Shown piece by piece: positions 35,964 to 38,972 of a stretch of 38,972 bases of DNA; position 1 is the stretch's first letter, and each line of letters begins with the position of its first letter. The stretch is from contig NC_068982.1 of NCBI RefSeq assembly GCF_001194135.2, positions 21,082,152-21,121,123 of the forward strand, written 5' to 3'. The translations under genes were made by a program, and so were the position numbers. This stretch comes from Octopus bimaculoides. Taxonomy: Eukaryota. Below the pieces are notes generated by a model that was given only the letters and a program-made list of their open reading frames with translations, was not told where the DNA came from and ran no database searches.

Positions 35964-37114
35964 TGTGTGTGTGTGTGTGTATATATAAACATATACAAAC
36001 ATAGATGAGTTTAAATGCTTAGATAATGTTAAGTTTGTTGTTAATCCATTAATCACTGCAAGGCATGTCTTCTCAGTAAACCAGCAAATTGTGAGAAGCT
36101 AAGAAACCTATCGATAGTTTACCCGAAGTGCTCTCCCATAGAAAGGTAAAATGTTTAACATATTGTGAATATTTCCAGGTATTCGATTTTGGAAACACTT
36201 TGTCGTATCGTGTAGATGTACACATCTACATGCTACGACGTCTATATTTATATGCATATATGTTGGCATACATATATAGAAATATACACATATGTACATC
36301 TATGTATATGTGCGTGTGTGTGTGTAATTAAATAAGCAAAATGCTCCTCGGTATTTCCTCTCATATATGTTCCCCCGTCGTACCTGATTCGCTGTACTTG
36401 ATTCGTTTGTCTCAATCTTAAACTGAAATACAAAGTAAAGAACATTAGTCGATATTGTTCCTTATTATGTTGTACCACAGATAGAGATAAATCCTTTCAA
36501 TGTAACCATTACTTAAGCGAAAGACAACAGTCTGTGAATAGATTGCAAGCAGATCTTAAATGACATTTTAAAACATGTCACTGAGCATGAAGAAAATATT
36601 CTAAATGACTAAAATCTACCTCGTGAGTTTCATCATTGTTGTGTGTCCGAATATATCTCTGATACGTGAGATCTATAATCAAACGGAATACACAAGCTAT
36701 CATCCCAATATTTAATCTTTGAGTTAGCTTCAAACTCAATATATAATGTTATATTGGAGAGCCTTATAAAGGGGGTAAGGTTATATTTCAGACATTTTAT
36801 TTCAAAATAAAGGGACAAATATTCGCAGGGATACTGACCTTTGTGACATATGTGTTTATATATATATTCATATAAATACAGTGTACATTTAAAAACAGAA
36901 GAGAGATGTCCATAATAGGACATCTAAACCGCTAGAAGGAGCAGTCAAACTCCAAACCACAATTAGGGAAAATTTCGAAAAGGAATGAAAAATAAAAACA
37001 TTTACCATCTATTTCGTGAACCATGATTTCAAGCTATTTTCAGCAAAATAAAATAATTTGCTAGGCCAGGTATCATCAGCAGGAACGCCAAGTTTAACAC
37101 ATAAATACGAGGGA

Positions 37115-37131
37115 ATATATATATATATATA

Positions 37132-37203
<72 letters not shown>
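37115..37203. repeat. (AT)n-(GT)n compound microsatellite
   Basis: Read directly. Confidence 0.95.
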
Positions 37204-37633
37204 TTTGAGCGCGATGGTTTTTGAGTCTGTGGTGAGTATATATGTAATGTATTAGCATGTATCCAAGATGACATTAAACAAGGAGATTCATAGATAACAA
37301 CGCTCTAAATATTTTGCTGTACTTCCTCTTTTGAAATGCGTTCGTACTTTTACTTACGTTGGTAATTTTTACTTTCATATCTTCTTCACTAATCTATATT
37401 TGTACTAAATTGTGTACTGCAAAGCAGATGTAAGCACTTAATAATTAACAAGTTCTGATCTCGATTAGATTATAATTGCGCCATTTCAACATAATTTCAT
37501 GCATTTTGTTAGCATCATTAACTTCATGAATATAACAATTTCCTATAAAACATGTGTTGCCATAAAATTTCCTTGCTCACACACTCAGAGACGCACACAA
37601 TCGTCTATCTCTACATCTGATTATTTTCTGTAT

Positions 37634-37856
37634 ACACACAAACACACACACACACACACACACACATACACATACACACATACCCACACACACACACACA
37701 CACAGACGCATAATCATAGTCTCACTTTGGATGTTTGGTTGACAATAATACCTACATGAAATATGTGTACGTGTTTGAGCATGTTTATATATATATATAT
37801 ATATTTAAGTAGATGTGCATATGCGTACATATACGTATATATATATATATGTATAT

Positions 37857-37891
<35 letters not shown>

Positions 37892-37930
37892 CGTGTGTGT
37901 TTGTATGTGTGTATCTGTGTGTGCGTATGT
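37634..37930. repeat. (CA)n tract, spacer, then (AT)n-(GT)n tract in opposite orientation
   Basis: Read directly. Confidence 0.85.
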
Positions 37931-38735
37931 GTATGTGAGATTATAATTCAAAATTATTCTGGAAGTTTCTGGAAGTTTTTAACACAATATATTGATGATC
38001 TTGAGGTCAGATCAGTGTATCATTAATCAGTAATCTTACCTTATATAGTGGAAAATCTTTGATATTTTAATGGATTCTGTTTAATAAAAGAAACAGAATA
38101 AATAAATATTAATTGGGAATAAGTTCCGGTTCATGTAATGTCTGCTTGAATGTTTCATCTTTTATCATTTGTCTTGTCTGTTTCTTTACGGAATAAAAAA
38201 AAAAAACAAACAGCAAAACAAAAATAGTTATCTTGCTTCTATTTGCTTCTTTTGTCATTGAATCTCATTTTTCTTATTTTATTCCCAATTTTTTTAAAAA
38301 TCTATCTGACGTATCTTAGACAACTATTGAAATTACAATGTCGCTTGCATAATCCGAAAATTATTTGAAATGTTAAAGCCAAATTATAATAATTCTTTTC
38401 CTTTTCGCGTTAGCAATCTCATATATATTAGTAAAACGACAAAATGCCTAACGAAATGTCTGGCAGTGTATATTTTATATCATTCACTTTCCGAGTTCAA
38501 ATGTTTAAGTTGATTATAAGATAAATAATTATGTCTATTGCCTACTGTATCTTGATTCGTTCCTCTTGCAGCTATTTGTTTCGTGGGAATGTTTTGGAAC
38601 ATAGCAAAAAGAAATTAAAACGTTACTTACCTGTTACTCTAATGATTATTGCAATCCACTGGCAATTTGCTGCGACTATGCTTCCACAAGGAACTCCTAA
38701 ATTTTCAAGTGTGTAACTATGTTGTATTTTTTCAG

Positions 38736-38803
<68 letters not shown>
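38736..38803. repeat. Perfect (AAT)n microsatellite at a LINE 5' junction
   Basis: Read directly. Confidence 0.97.
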
Positions 38804-38807
<4 letters not shown>

Positions 38808-38972
38808 CGCTCTCTCCACTCCTGTTCTGCCTGGCACTCACACCTTTAACAGAATTGCTAAATAGAACTGGATGCGGTTACAAATGCTATGGAAAAACAG
38901 TCAGCCACCTTCTATATATGGATGACCTAAAATTATATGCAAAAAACGACAAAGAGCTAGAAACACTACCAC
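38804..38972 (+). mobile_element. 5'-truncated R4/Dong-type LINE, RT core, uninterrupted; continues beyond the window
   Basis: 56 open codons: NTLSPLLFCLALTPLTELLNRTGCGYKCYGKTVSHLLYMDDLKLYAKNDKELETLP, with catalytic YMDD at 38915-38926. It is absent from the ORF track because this frame has no ATG giving an ORF long enough for the track. Confidence 0.95.

Noticed and set aside
36481-36622. AG...GTGAGT segment with coiled-coil-like peptides
   Set aside because: It needs a frameshift and still contains a stop; no family recognised.
36633-36790. Minus ORF end faintly like a Penelope RT (ITLYIEFEANSKIKYWD)
   Set aside because: Key conserved residues (FLD, YRK) are absent.
37055-37095. Minus-strand CTGATGA
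   Set aside because: Followed by CAAA rather than GAAA, with no stable stem II.
291-38849. Most ORFs in the supplied track (HTHT, CVCV, IYIY, RERE, poly-X)
   Set aside because: They are translations of microsatellites or N gaps, with no domain-like content.
1-38972. CRISPR arrays, rRNA, genuine tRNA genes, prokaryotic operons
   Set aside because: No repeat-spacer arrays or rRNA-like sequence. The tRNA-like boxes occur only in SINE heads, without a full cloverleaf.

Overview
AT-rich, microsatellite-dense animal DNA with six assembly gaps (about 2.4 kb of N). The SINE families and repeat make-up resemble those I recall from octopus genomes; this is inference from recall, not a database result. 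I recognise no intact host protein-coding gene. Almost every ORF in the supplied track is a translated microsatellite, an N gap or a transposon remnant. The window looks intergenic or deep-intronic and is layered with retroelements: four R4/Dong-type LINE copies (7.8-8.9 kb, two in tandem at 23.4-25.6 kb, and a clean 5'-truncated copy running off the right end), a HERO-like RLE tail, a Crack/L2-type RT remnant, RTE-like remnants, and several copies of at least three tRNA-derived SINE families. The most interesting signals are RNA-structural. (i) A near-canonical type I hammerhead ribozyme fold lies on the minus strand at 18849-18909. (ii) A 404-bp inverted-repeat element at 14412-14815 has a degenerate hammerhead core at its hairpin apex. 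(iii) A multi-hairpin module shared by that element and a diverged relative at 61-202 shows compensatory base changes. A few isolated exon-like segments are listed at low confidence.
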